Part shown: piece by piece, positions 28,789 through 39,334 of the stretch | Layout: the number at the start of each line of letters is the position of its first letter | How positions within the stretch are numbered: the first letter of the stretch is position 1 | From: Candidatus Dojkabacteria bacterium | GTDB taxonomy: Bacteria; Patescibacteriota; Dojkabacteria; B142; OLB20 | Reading direction: 5' to 3' | NCBI GenBank assembly: GCA_046753765.1 | Contig: JBHHUN010000003.1 | Span: forward strand, 21,001 to 85,000 | DNA length: 64,000 nucleotides | Made by a program: the position numbers and the translations under genes | Notes under the pieces: model-generated | What the model was told of the DNA's origin: nothing | What the model saw: the letters and a program-made list of their open reading frames with translations, nothing else | Databases searched by the model: none

Positions 28789-29487
28789 ATGGCAAAACCA
28801 CGGGTTGAATTTGAACCAAGTACAAAAAGTCTGGCACTGGGTATTGTGATTGGGGTTACGATCACAGCAGTAGTTGTCAGTATTCAGTCGTTCCTTGGAT
28901 ATACAGATTTCAATCAGCAGCTCAGATACACAATAGATTCCCTAAAAAATAGGGTTGTCACTGAAAATTCAGCCGAGATAATCCAAGAGAACGATTTTGA
29001 ATACCCCCTACTGGAAGATATCACAGCGGTTGACACCTCCGACTGGAATACTTATATAAACGATGAATTTGGCTTCAGCTTCTCCTATCCTGACAACTGG
29101 GAAATTGATACTAACGGGACAAAAGATTGTACAAAGGCAGGTGTAAGGAGGGATTGTTTTGGGGTTGCTGTCTTTCAGACCGATCCTGTGGAAGGGGATT
29201 CAAAATCTATTCTAATTTCAACAAGTGACGAACTTAAGAAGCTACAAGATGTTGGTACATTCTCAACTGTAATGAATCTTTCGGGCAGCGAGAAGATCTT
29301 TCAGCAATACAGAAAATCCAGCTGTTTTGTAGATCACGGAAAGAAAAAGCACTGCACTAAAGATGCTGATGGATACTTGCAATTTACTTACACCGGCTTC
29401 ACAACAAATGGGAAGAAGTTGCATATCTACGTATACGGTAATCCTGACTTGAATCTGGCAGCCATACTGGATAACTTTCAGTTTTAA
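28789..29487 (+). CDS. Membrane-anchored protein with PsbP-like extracytoplasmic domain
   Basis: TM, then DTSDWNTYINDEFGFSFSYPDNW and C-terminal ILDNFQF. Confidence 0.7.
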   Translation: MAKPRVEFEPSTKSLALGIVIGVTITAVVVSIQSFLGYTDFNQQLRYTIDSLKNRVVTENSAEIIQENDFEYPLLEDITAVDTSDWNTYINDEFGFSFSYPDNWEIDTNGTKDCTKAGVRRDCFGVAVFQTDPVEGDSKSILISTSDELKKLQDVGTFSTVMNLSGSEKIFQQYRKSSCFVDHGKKKHCTKDADGYLQFTYTGFTTNGKKLHIYVYGNPDLNLAAILDNFQF

Positions 29488-31605
29488 ATGACCGCAAAGA
29501 GAAACTTTTTACATCCTGGGAGCATCGCCATAGTTGGCGCTTCCCGCGACCCCAGTAAGATTGGAAGTGTTGTCCTGGATAACATCATCAAGTCGGGTTA
29601 CAAGGGACACCTCTACCCAGTTAATCCCAACGCTAGAGTAATCAGAAAGCTCAAAGTACACAAGTCTGTTCTTGATATTCCAGGCAAAGTAGATATGGCT
29701 ATCGTGATTATCCCGGCGAAATACGTCGCTGAGGTTGTGGCAGATTGCGGTGTTAAAGGTATTAAAGACGTTGTTATTATATCTGCAGGTTTTGGTGAGA
29801 CAGGTGAGAAGGGCTACGGGAGAGAGGTAGAACTTATTGAGTTAGCACAGAAATACTCCCTCAATATTCTTGGACCAAACTGCTTGGGATTTATGAACAA
29901 GGGAGCAGATCTTAACGCAACTTTTGCCTACGCATTTTCGCATGAGGGGTCACTTGCATTCGCGTCACAGTCAGGCGCAATGGGGACATCATTCCTTGAT
30001 TGGGCATCGAAAAACAATATTGGTCTGAAGTATTTTGCGTCTATTGGAAATAAGGCAGTGTTGAATGAGAACCATTTTCTAAAGGAGTTTGGAAAAGACA
30101 AAGACGTTTCTACGATACTGTTTTACCTGGAGGATTTTGCAAATGGACGGGAGTTCTATGAGCTTGCAAAAAAGATATCACTAAGAAAACCTATAATTGT
30201 CTTGAAACCGGGTGCCTCCGAAGAGGCCCAGCAGGCAATGGCTTCCCATACCGGTTCAATTGCTCAGGACGACAAAATTATTGATGCTGCTCTTGCAGAG
30301 TCAGGGTGCATCAGGGTGGGGACAATCGAGGAGTTGTTTCAGATCACAAAATTGGTAGCCTGGCAGCCGCTGCCAAAGGGCAACCGAGTCGCTGTCATAA
30401 CTAATGCTGGAGGTGTAGGGATTCAATCTGTTGATGATCTCGAAAACAATGGGCTGCATGTCATCCCCTTTAGTAAGTCACTGCAGAAGAAGCTAAAAAA
30501 GCAGCTCCCAGGTGAGTCGAGTGTTCAGAATCCTGTGGACTTGCTGGGAGACGCTCTGGCAGAAAGATACAAAGAAGCACTTGAGTTAGTAATAAAAGAT
30601 CGCAGTATAGATTCGGTACTGGTTGTTTTGACGCCCCAGATGGTCACACAGTCGCTCGAGACCGCTAAGTTTGTCAACACGATTGCCGACAAAAATAAAA
30701 AAACCGTCATGGCGTCATTTGTCGGCGGTGAGAGCATTAGTGAAGCAGGAGATCTACTAGCAAAAGAACAGATACCTCAATATCATTTTCCTAACGATGC
30801 TGCCCGTGCTTTGGGGCTTCTGCACAGGTGGCGCACAGAGATTAAGCGGATCAAGACAGATAAAGCCAAGATATACAATCCTACACTAGTCAACAACGAT
30901 CTTGCGTGGGGCTCAGACAAAGGCGTAGTGTACCTTATGAGGGCTCAGGAGCTGATTCGGAAGTATAAGATCCCACTACTTGAAAGTGCTATCAGGGAAA
31001 AGCGACAGGACGTGATTAAAGCCGCGAAAAGGGTAAAATACCCACTTGTATTAAAGTTGGTTCATCCCAAGTTGATTCATAAAACAGAGTTTAAGGCTGT
31101 CAGGTTGGGTATCGATAACGAGTTTCAGCTCCAGTCTGAGCTTCGTGAGCTGGACAAACTCGCGCATCAAAACAAACTTAAGGGGTACAGCTTTGAGCTC
31201 CAGCCGTATATTGAAGACAAAATCGAAGTGATTATTGGCATCAAGAAGGACACTGATACTTACAGAAAGTACAAAGACAAAGACTATTTAAAAACTAAGG
31301 GGTTTGGTCATATCCTGCTGTTTGGTTCGGGGGGGATATACACTGAAGTATACAAAGATGTCAGTTTAAGACTGCTTCCAATTAGTAAATTGGATGCCGA
31401 AGAGATGATTTTAGAAACAAAAGTGGGGAAGATTGTGCAGGGAATACGCGGGAAGAGCTATAACTTCTCAGGGATCATCTCGGTTCTTGAGAATCTATCC
31501 AAGCTGGTAAGTGAGAACACTAATATCTCTGCCATCGATATTAACCCCCTTTTTGTGACGAAGCACGATGTTTATGTCGCTGATCTGAAAATGTTTGTAG
31601 GGTAG
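29488..31605 (+). CDS. ADP-forming acetate-CoA ligase (fused alpha/beta)
   Basis: SIAIVGAS, YPVNP, GPNCLG, SQSGA, ASHTGS (phospho-His), TNAGG, NPVD, HKTE, DINP. Confidence 0.93.
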   Translation: MTAKRNFLHPGSIAIVGASRDPSKIGSVVLDNIIKSGYKGHLYPVNPNARVIRKLKVHKSVLDIPGKVDMAIVIIPAKYVAEVVADCGVKGIKDVVIISAGFGETGEKGYGREVELIELAQKYSLNILGPNCLGFMNKGADLNATFAYAFSHEGSLAFASQSGAMGTSFLDWASKNNIGLKYFASIGNKAVLNENHFLKEFGKDKDVSTILFYLEDFANGREFYELAKKISLRKPIIVLKPGASEEAQQAMASHTGSIAQDDKIIDAALAESGCIRVGTIEELFQITKLVAWQPLPKGNRVAVITNAGGVGIQSVDDLENNGLHVIPFSKSLQKKLKKQLPGESSVQNPVDLLGDALAERYKEALELVIKDRSIDSVLVVLTPQMVTQSLETAKFVNTIADKNKKTVMASFVGGESISEAGDLLAKEQIPQYHFPNDAARALGLLHRWRTEIKRIKTDKAKIYNPTLVNNDLAWGSDKGVVYLMRAQELIRKYKIPLLESAIREKRQDVIKAAKRVKYPLVLKLVHPKLIHKTEFKAVRLGIDNEFQLQSELRELDKLAHQNKLKGYSFELQPYIEDKIEVIIGIKKDTDTYRKYKDKDYLKTKGFGHILLFGSGGIYTEVYKDVSLRLLPISKLDAEEMILETKVGKIVQGIRGKSYNFSGIISVLENLSKLVSENTNISAIDINPLFVTKHDVYVADLKMFVG

Positions 31606-31621
31606 TTGTTCGCTGCTACGA

Positions 31622-32845
31622 TTAGTTTTTCTTGAGTGTGTAGATTATCTCCTTTAAGCTTGGTTTGCGGTTGTTCATGAGTGCTCCCAGATCAAATAGC
31701 TTAAGCGCAAGGAAGAACGCAATAACCACATACACAAACACGAGCACAATCCCCAGCAACAGTTCGGTGGGGAGTAGGTCTGTCACAGAGTTGCGAATTA
31801 CAAAGATCATTGGTGCTGTAAAGGGAAAGTAGCTCGTAATTTGTGCGATAACGCCGTTTGGATCGCTCAGTAGTATAAGAATAAAGTACATCGGCATGAT
31901 CCCCAGGATGATAAACACTGACGACATGCTTGAGCTTTCTTTGTAGTTTGTTGTAATTGAGCCTACTCCGACCATTATTGCAGCGAAGAAAAGAAATCCC
32001 ATAAATGTGAAGTAGAGATTTATTGGTATTGCACCCAGTGGGATGTTGGAGAGCTCAATGGGTAAAGTGAACAGCTCGTTATTGAAGCCGACTAACAACA
32101 GTATACCCGCTGCACAGACCCAAACAGAAAGTTGAGTTAGAACTGCCCCTGAAAGACCGAAGATTTTTCCGTAGATAAGGGTTTTTGGTTTGATCATTGA
32201 TAGCAGCGTTTCTATCATTCTGTTTTCTTTCTCTTCGGATACGCTTTGCAGCAAAAGTCCCGCCCCAATAAAAACGCTGAGGAAAAAGATTATAATTGAA
32301 ACGATGGGGACAATGAATTTCTCAATCCCAAAAGAAGTTTCAGCACCATCCTTATCGAAAATTATCAACTCCTCTGACAGTTCACCAGAGAGAATCTGCT
32401 GTTGTCTGGGGTTCTCAAGACCCAGTAAACTGCTTTGATAGGCAAGACTTCCACCCAGTGTCGTGAAAGGGGTTGAGCCAAGGAGGCCCTGTTCGGGCGC
32501 GTAAACCTCAAACTTGTTCTCCTCCAGGAGTTCATCAGAATACACGATAACGGCATCAACATCACCCGCCTTGAGGGACTTAATAGACTCTTCCTTGTTT
32601 GTGGCTACATATAATGGCGGAACGATCAGATCGTGGTTTATTATCCCGGCTTTATCAACAACAAGTACACTGTCAATCTCTTCGGAGAGTTCTTCCAGCT
32701 TTCGCTCCCCTTCCGACGAGCTGAATACAGATATCATCATAACAATCACCATAAACACCGGGAGGAAAAGGGTCGTAAACCAGAATGCTGGCTTTTTTAC
32801 TGTGCGGAGATACTCAAATTTTGCAACGAGAAATAGCTTTGACAT
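31622..32845 (-). CDS. ABC-2 type permease (NatB/YhaP-like)
   Basis: EEKENRMIETLLS..GKI motif and multiple TMs. Confidence 0.9.
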   Translation of the reverse strand: MSKLFLVAKFEYLRTVKKPAFWFTTLFLPVFMVIVMMISVFSSSEGERKLEELSEEIDSVLVVDKAGIINHDLIVPPLYVATNKEESIKSLKAGDVDAVIVYSDELLEENKFEVYAPEQGLLGSTPFTTLGGSLAYQSSLLGLENPRQQQILSGELSEELIIFDKDGAETSFGIEKFIVPIVSIIIFFLSVFIGAGLLLQSVSEEKENRMIETLLSMIKPKTLIYGKIFGLSGAVLTQLSVWVCAAGILLLVGFNNELFTLPIELSNIPLGAIPINLYFTFMGFLFFAAIMVGVGSITTNYKESSSMSSVFIILGIMPMYFILILLSDPNGVIAQITSYFPFTAPMIFVIRNSVTDLLPTELLLGIVLVFVYVVIAFFLALKLFDLGALMNNRKPSLKEIIYTLKKN

Positions 32846-33747
32846 TATTTATTGTGATTGTGTTTCGAGATTTTAATAAAGATCTCGTTCAGACCTGGAT
32901 AGTCTATCTTGAACTCGAGCAACTTAACATTTTTATCCACAAGGAAATTCAGTATCTCCTGTGGATTCACACCCTTTGCTGGAGTAATCTCGGCGCTTTG
33001 ATTGACGATTCTGGCATCAAAGAGCTTGCTCTCTTGTGGAAATTTACCCGCGAACTGTATATGAATATTATCCTTGCCATAGGATCTTCGTACCTCTTCC
33101 TGTGTGCCGTATACCTGTTCTTCCCCTTCATCGATGATAATCAGGCGGTTTGCCATCTTTTGTGCTTCATCGATTACGTGTGTGCTGTACATGATGGTTG
33201 TACCGGCTCCGTTCAGCTCTTTGAAGATCTCAATGAACAGCTGTCTATTCACTGGATCAAGCCCCTTGAAGGGCTCATCGAGTATAAGTATCTCCGGTCT
33301 GTGAAGAATTGCCATTCCGATCTGAGCTTTCTGCTGCATTCCGGAGCTTAGTTTTGCGATTTTCTGTTCTTTGTGGTCGATTAAGTCGACTCTTTCGAGG
33401 TATTGTTCTGATAACTTTTTAGCCTTCGACTTTGAGATCCCCCTGAGTGTGGCAAAGTAAACAAACAGGTCGATAACCTTTACTCTGGTATAGATGCCTC
33501 TCTCTTCGGGGAGGTAGCCTATGTATTCATTAAGTTTATATGAATACTTCTCACCTTTGATCAACAGTTCACCTTCGTCGGGTTGATAGATATCGAGAAG
33601 GCAACGTATGGTTGTTGTTTTTCCCGAACCGTTGCTTCCAAGAAAAGCAAAAACGTCTCCTTTGTACACGTCAAATGAAAGATCTTTTACAGCGTGTACC
33701 CGTGCAAATGATTTTGAAAGGTTTGATATTGAAAGAATGCTTTTCAA
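32845..33747 (-). CDS. ABC transporter ATP-binding protein (NatA/YhaQ-like)
   Basis: GSNGSGKTT, GYLPEERG, LSSGMQQK, LDEPF. Confidence 0.93.
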   Translation of the reverse strand: MKSILSISNLSKSFARVHAVKDLSFDVYKGDVFAFLGSNGSGKTTTIRCLLDIYQPDEGELLIKGEKYSYKLNEYIGYLPEERGIYTRVKVIDLFVYFATLRGISKSKAKKLSEQYLERVDLIDHKEQKIAKLSSGMQQKAQIGMAILHRPEILILDEPFKGLDPVNRQLFIEIFKELNGAGTTIMYSTHVIDEAQKMANRLIIIDEGEEQVYGTQEEVRRSYGKDNIHIQFAGKFPQESKLFDARIVNQSAEITPAKGVNPQEILNFLVDKNVKLLEFKIDYPGLNEIFIKISKHNHNK

Positions 33748-33756
33748 GGTTGGATC

Positions 33757-34638
33757 TTACTGAAACCCATTCATGAGTTCTGAAATATCGTAATGCTTAA
33801 CCTCATCTTTGAGCGCTGTTTGATAGTCTCTGCGGTACTCCAAACGCGAATAATAGGGAATACTCTCCGGATCTTGATATAGAATCCCTGTTGCAACTCC
33901 TGACTCTTCAATTTCACTTATACTGTACGCATAATCCCGGTCGTTCTTGAAGTTTTCGTCTTCTGTTACATCATACACTCTATCTGCCAGCCACTGATGA
34001 TCCTGAAAGTGATTGTAAGTAGGACAGTGTTGAAGTACGTCAAGGTAAGAGAAGCCCTTGTGATTAATTGACGCTCTAATAAGGGAGGTCAACTGGGTAA
34101 TATTCCCTGTAAATCCTCTGGCGATAAAGGATGCATTCATTGACAACACAAGTTTGACGGGATTCATTCTATTTTCAATGACACCGGTTGGAGCGGTGTT
34201 CATTTTTTCGCCAACCCATGTGGTCGGTGTTGCCTGCCCAGTGGTTAAACCGAAATCGCAGTTGTTATGCATTAAGAATGTGATGTTATAGTTGCTGCGT
34301 ACACCGTGGATCAGGTGACTAATCCCCTCATCAAGTGTTCCGCCGTCACCGCCAATCGCAATGACCGGAAGCCCCTGATTTGCAAGCTTAGCTCCAATCG
34401 CAACAGGAATGGCCCTACCGTGCAGTCCTTTGAATACGTAGGCATTGATCTTGTCCGCCATATTGCTGTTGCATCCAACGTCAAAACATAAAAGAACGTC
34501 TTTGGGGCCGATACTTTCAGCTGCAAGCGCTTGTTTAAGTGCACTCCATATGGCGAAATCTCCGCATCCGGGACACCACGTAGGTGTTACTGGTGAGTGA
34601 AAGTCTTTTACAGCTGGCTTCTGTTCCTGTTTTGCCAT
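33757..34638 (-). CDS. 2-oxoacid:ferredoxin oxidoreductase beta subunit (TPP-binding)
   Basis: TWCPGCGD, LHGRA, GGDGG..G, NN..FGLTTGQ, CPTYN. Confidence 0.95.
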   Translation of the reverse strand: MAKQEQKPAVKDFHSPVTPTWCPGCGDFAIWSALKQALAAESIGPKDVLLCFDVGCNSNMADKINAYVFKGLHGRAIPVAIGAKLANQGLPVIAIGGDGGTLDEGISHLIHGVRSNYNITFLMHNNCDFGLTTGQATPTTWVGEKMNTAPTGVIENRMNPVKLVLSMNASFIARGFTGNITQLTSLIRASINHKGFSYLDVLQHCPTYNHFQDHQWLADRVYDVTEDENFKNDRDYAYSISEIEESGVATGILYQDPESIPYYSRLEYRRDYQTALKDEVKHYDISELMNGFQ

Positions 34639-36401
34639 TACTTTTTGCTCATGATGTCAGTTAAGTAGTCTACAATATCTTCAAGGTAGAATGGTCTTGA
34701 ATCGTATTTTGTTAACCTATCTGTGATCTGTACTCCTGTCACTTTCTGGAAAAGACCCGCAAACTGTCCACCATAGTTGTTTTCAATAGCAAGTGTGTGG
34801 CTCGCTTTTTTCATCATCTCGAGTGCCGTATCTGGCTTGATTGGCCAAACATAGCTGTAATGGACAAAAACCATTCTATTATCAGGTGTATTGCCGTCTT
34901 CTAACTCTGCCATTGCGTCCAGAATTACGCCTTTGTTGCTGCCCCAGGAGATAATACAGATAGAGGGATTTTCCTGGTCGCCAAACACCTCTGGGTCAGG
35001 CAATTCAGACAAAATTGTTGAGTATTTGCGCATACGTTTTTCAAACATAGGTTGAATTTCATCTGCAATCTCAGTTGAATAACCTTTTGGTGTGTGTTCA
35101 TCACTGTTACCAACGAAAGTATTAGCGTTGTCGCCTGGTACCCACCTTTGTGAGACCCCGTCGTTTGTGAGCTTATATCTCTCTTCTTTCGCCATAGAAG
35201 ATAGATCTGCGCCGGTAACAAGCTTGCCTCGATCCACTTTGTTGTCAGAAAGTACAAATGAGGGTGTGCAGAAAAAACTCTCTGCAAGATATTTATCAGT
35301 TAGAAATACTACTGGAGTCTGGTACTTCTCTGCCAGGTTGTGTGCTTCTAAGGTCAGCTTAAAGCTCTCTGTTGAGTCTCCTGGAGCAAGAACGATCCTG
35401 GGAAATTCCCCGTGACCGGCATTCACAACTACATCCAGGTCACCTTGGGCAGTCCAAGTTGGGACTCCCGTACCTGGACCAGGTCTTTGACCTACGACAA
35501 CAACAAAGGGCGTCTCAGTCATTCCTGCAAGCGAGAAAGTTTCCTGCATTAGGTCGAATCCGCCTCCACTTGTGCCGCACATGGCTCTTGTGCCATTAAA
35601 GGACGCTCCAACAACCATATTAGCTGCCGTGATCTCATCTTCAGCCTGTTTAACCACCATTCCAAGCTTCGTACCTTCCTTTGCGAGGTAGGTGAGGATG
35701 GCACTTGCCGGTGTCATTGGATAGCTCGAATAAAGCCTGACCCCAGCTGCGATTGCGCCAAGTGCTGTTGATTCATTTCCGCTGATTATCAAGTGATTAT
35801 TGAACTCATCTTTCGGTGTAAATGTTTTTTCGAAGTAGGAGTCGGTATCGCCCAGAGAGTCGTATCCTGCCCTCACCGCATCCCTGTTGATTTTAATCAT
35901 ATCTTCGGTTTTATTGAAAATTCCGGCGACAGTATCCTGAAGTATAGTTATCTCCAACCCAAAGATCTTCCAAATCGCACCAAGGCTCACTGTGTTCTTC
36001 ATAAGAGCGGTACCACCACTTTCTTTTGCAAGCTTAAGCAGTTCTACAGGGATCACCTGTATCTTCTTCTCTTGGAAATGTTTCGCATGCTCTTCATTGA
36101 TTGAAAATGCGCCATCGTCAAATACAATGATTCCCCCATCAGCAAGCTCTTCTCTGTGCAGGCCTATTGATTCCTCATTCAGGACCAGGAGTACATCTAC
36201 AGTCTTTGTTATAGAGTTAATTGCCTTGTCTGAGATCTCAATTTGAAAGACATTATGTCCCCCACGTATTAATGACGGATATTCAGTATATCCGAAGTTA
36301 CAAAACCCTGCCCTTTTCAGTGCTTTTGAAAGCACCAAACCAGAGGTTTTAACCCCCTGGCCTGCCGCTCCTGCTACTTTGATTACGTACCTGCTATTCA
36401 T
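34638..36401 (-). CDS. 2-oxoacid:ferredoxin oxidoreductase alpha subunit (gamma-alpha fusion)
   Basis: GAAGQGV, SLIRGGH, YPMTPAS, QAEDEI, TSGGG, QRPGP. Confidence 0.95.
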   Translation of the reverse strand: MNSRYVIKVAGAAGQGVKTSGLVLSKALKRAGFCNFGYTEYPSLIRGGHNVFQIEISDKAINSITKTVDVLLVLNEESIGLHREELADGGIIVFDDGAFSINEEHAKHFQEKKIQVIPVELLKLAKESGGTALMKNTVSLGAIWKIFGLEITILQDTVAGIFNKTEDMIKINRDAVRAGYDSLGDTDSYFEKTFTPKDEFNNHLIISGNESTALGAIAAGVRLYSSYPMTPASAILTYLAKEGTKLGMVVKQAEDEITAANMVVGASFNGTRAMCGTSGGGFDLMQETFSLAGMTETPFVVVVGQRPGPGTGVPTWTAQGDLDVVVNAGHGEFPRIVLAPGDSTESFKLTLEAHNLAEKYQTPVVFLTDKYLAESFFCTPSFVLSDNKVDRGKLVTGADLSSMAKEERYKLTNDGVSQRWVPGDNANTFVGNSDEHTPKGYSTEIADEIQPMFEKRMRKYSTILSELPDPEVFGDQENPSICIISWGSNKGVILDAMAELEDGNTPDNRMVFVHYSYVWPIKPDTALEMMKKASHTLAIENNYGGQFAGLFQKVTGVQITDRLTKYDSRPFYLEDIVDYLTDIMSKK

Positions 36402-38838
36402 TCCATATAAGTCTTGATCCGAGTTTGATTATTTCTGTAAGTGCTAGATCCAATACTGCTAGGAATATAATAAGTGCTACCTCGGCAGTATTCAAGGGGA
36501 CAGTCCCAAAAAGTTGTTGGAATGGTTCAGAGTAGATTGACAGCATTAGCAACCCTATCCCGATCAGTAGCGATATGTTCAGTATTTTATTATTAAAGAT
36601 CGGGCGATTCCATATGTTCGAATCGACCGTTTTTGCAGAAAACAGAAACAACAGTGAGCTGAGAGAAACACCAGCATAAATCACAGTTCTTGCAGCGCCA
36701 AGGTCGTAGTGTGCATCTACCATATGTTTATACAATATGAAGTAGATACCATCGATAATAAGACTGATTATTATAATAGCGGTAATAACCTTTTTATCGA
36801 ATATTGAATCTTTTTTTGATCGAGGTCTGTCTTTGAGCAAGTCTTTCTCAGGGGGGTCAAAGCTAAGTGCAAGACTTGGGAGTCCATCTTCGATAATATT
36901 AATCCAGAGCAACTGTAGTGGAAGCAATGGTAGTGGAAGACCTGCAAGCAGACTGGCAAATATTAGAACAGTTTCAGACAGGCTGTCTGCAAACAAGTAC
37001 ACCATAGTCTTTCTAAGGTTTTGGAAGATATTTCGCCCCTGTTCCACTGCGTCGACAACCGTCTGGAAGTTAGAGTCCAAGAGTATCAGATCAGCAACCT
37101 CCTTAGTTACATCTGTTGCAGAATCGACCGATATTCCGATCTCCGCTTTTTTGACTGCAGGAGCGTCATTAACCCCATCCCCCATCATACCAACCTGGTT
37201 GCCTGATCTCTGCAGGCTGAGGACTATATCAAGTTTCTGGTCGGGAGTTGTGCGGTAGAAAAGTTTAGTTTTTGCGACACTCTTGTCGAACCGTGCACTA
37301 CCCTTGAGCTCATGCAGTCCCTTACCAGAGATTATCTCTTCATCTTTAACCTTGAAATTTAGAGTCTGCAATACATTCATACTTGTCTCTTTGAGGTCCC
37401 CTGTAATGACCTTTACCTCAATCCCCGAGTCAATGATCTTGTCCAAGGATTCTTCAGCAGTGCTGCGAACGGGGTCACGTACAAACACCAATCCTAAAAA
37501 TTTCATGTCTTTGAAGTCATCTCTGGTTGCCTCTCTTTTGAGTTTAAATGGCTTGTATGCAACAGCCACCATTCGGTTGCCGAGCTTTGCCCGGTCTGTA
37601 ATCTCTTTTTTCCACTCTCGACCCGTTTTTCTTGAGAATTTGAGTATCTTCTCAGGTGCCCCCACCGCATAAAGGTTTCTGCTGTCTCTTGCTCCGGTGT
37701 ACTTTCGAAGTGAGCTGAAGGGAAAGAACTGCTTTCGTTTGTCTTGGTGTGTTTCCAAATATCCCGGCTTTGTGTTTTTTTGCAGATATTCGATTATGGC
37801 GTCGTCGATGTAGTTGGTTCCATTGTTACTAACGGCAAGAGCCTGATATCCCAGTTTTGAGTCTGTGAAATGCGTGTCAATGACCTGCATATTGCCTAGG
37901 GTAAGCGTCCCTGTTTTGTCGATGCACAGAATGTCCACAGCTCCAAGTGTTTCGGCAGCGGGAAGGTTACGAACGACTGATCCCTTACTCATTATCCGGT
38001 TCATACCAAGTGCAAGAGTAACCGTAAGGGCGATTATTAAACCCTCCGGAATAGTGCTCACTCCCAGGGCAACTGATGTAAGGAAGATTTCTTCAAATTC
38101 AATCCCTCTTGAGAGGCCAAGCAGAAGAATCATGATCGTTATAAACACGACAACAATAGCCAGCGCTTTACCTATCCGTGCCAATTCCATTTTTATCGGT
38201 GTTGGTGGGTCAAATTTTGACTCCAGCGATGCAGCTATCTTTCCGAATTTGGTGTCGTCTCCGGTCTTTTCTACCCTGGCAACTCCATACCCTTCGAGTA
38301 CGCTTGTTCCAGTAAAAACTTGGTAAACATCTCCAACTTCTCCATACTTTTCTTTTCTAAGTGCTTTTTTGTGTACTGGCGAGGACTCTCCGGTGAGAAT
38401 AGCTTCGTTAACAGATATCTCTGATGCCTCCAGTAGAGTGCAGTCAGCAGGAATTTTGAGCCCGGACTCAATCACTATCAGGTCTTGGGCTACAAGATCG
38501 ACTACCGGAACCGACTTGTGTTTCCCATCCCGGATTACCTTAACGGTTTTTGAGACCTTTTTCTGAAGGGCAAAAAGAATATTTTCAGCACGATACTCCT
38601 GGAAAAATCCCAAACCTGCGTTAATCATCACCACCAGTAGAATGAATCCGGCGTCTGTATATTCGACAAGAGCAATAGAGAAAAATGCTGCTATGAGCAA
38701 TACGTATATTAATGGGCTCTTAAATTGATTGAAGAGGATCTGGAAGGCAGTGAGTTTACCGGGTTCAGTTATTGTGTTCGGCCCCATTCGTTCCAGTTTG
38801 GCTGCGGCCAGTTTACTTGTCAGTCCTTCATAGATCAT
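36394..38838 (-). CDS. P-type cation-transporting ATPase (type II, Ca2+-like)
   Basis: TGES, IPEGL, DKTGTLT, TGD, GDGVND, LWINIIEDG. Confidence 0.95.
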   Translation of the reverse strand: MIYEGLTSKLAAAKLERMGPNTITEPGKLTAFQILFNQFKSPLIYVLLIAAFFSIALVEYTDAGFILLVVMINAGLGFFQEYRAENILFALQKKVSKTVKVIRDGKHKSVPVVDLVAQDLIVIESGLKIPADCTLLEASEISVNEAILTGESSPVHKKALRKEKYGEVGDVYQVFTGTSVLEGYGVARVEKTGDDTKFGKIAASLESKFDPPTPIKMELARIGKALAIVVVFITIMILLLGLSRGIEFEEIFLTSVALGVSTIPEGLIIALTVTLALGMNRIMSKGSVVRNLPAAETLGAVDILCIDKTGTLTLGNMQVIDTHFTDSKLGYQALAVSNNGTNYIDDAIIEYLQKNTKPGYLETHQDKRKQFFPFSSLRKYTGARDSRNLYAVGAPEKILKFSRKTGREWKKEITDRAKLGNRMVAVAYKPFKLKREATRDDFKDMKFLGLVFVRDPVRSTAEESLDKIIDSGIEVKVITGDLKETSMNVLQTLNFKVKDEEIISGKGLHELKGSARFDKSVAKTKLFYRTTPDQKLDIVLSLQRSGNQVGMMGDGVNDAPAVKKAEIGISVDSATDVTKEVADLILLDSNFQTVVDAVEQGRNIFQNLRKTMVYLFADSLSETVLIFASLLAGLPLPLLPLQLLWINIIEDGLPSLALSFDPPEKDLLKDRPRSKKDSIFDKKVITAIIIISLIIDGIYFILYKHMVDAHYDLGAARTVIYAGVSLSSLLFLFSAKTVDSNIWNRPIFNNKILNISLLIGIGLLMLSIYSEPFQQLFGTVPLNTAEVALIIFLAVLDLALTEIIKLGSRLIWNE

Positions 38839-38911
38839 AGATTCTTACGCATTTACGAGTATTGTACTTACTTCATAATAGAGATATATTGAATGTAATT
38901 AAAGACATATT

Positions 38912-39331
38912 ATGAAGATACATAAGTTGTTTTTAGTCTCGGTTTTATTATTTTTGAGCGGATGTAATTTGCTTGGTTTGGGGGGAACTCCGCCCGATGA
39001 CTCTGAGTTCGATACGCCAACCAGACCAACTACCGGAGAACTGACTCACACATTCAAAACAGAAGGTTTTAAATTGGAGTTGTTTTATGAAGATGCCGAG
39101 TTTACATATTTTGGCACAATGCAGACTCCAACTCCTTGCTCTGAAGTTCAGGTTGAAACACTAATAGCCGAGAGCTTCCCTGAGCAGGTATCTATCAATT
39201 TCACAACTAAGGAATCAGATGAGATCTGTATCCAGGTGATCGGAGAGAGGACATTTTCAGGTACGGTTACAGTTGACAGAGAGGCATCGTTTTCTGTAAG
39301 GGTGAACGGACAGCCAATTTCCGAAGTTTAA
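38912..39331 (+). CDS. Small lipoprotein
   Basis: Lipobox LSGC; PTPC..ESFPEQV..CIQVI Cys pair. Confidence 0.75.
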   Translation: MKIHKLFLVSVLLFLSGCNLLGLGGTPPDDSEFDTPTRPTTGELTHTFKTEGFKLELFYEDAEFTYFGTMQTPTPCSEVQVETLIAESFPEQVSINFTTKESDEICIQVIGERTFSGTVTVDREASFSVRVNGQPISEV

Positions 39332-39334
39332 AGC

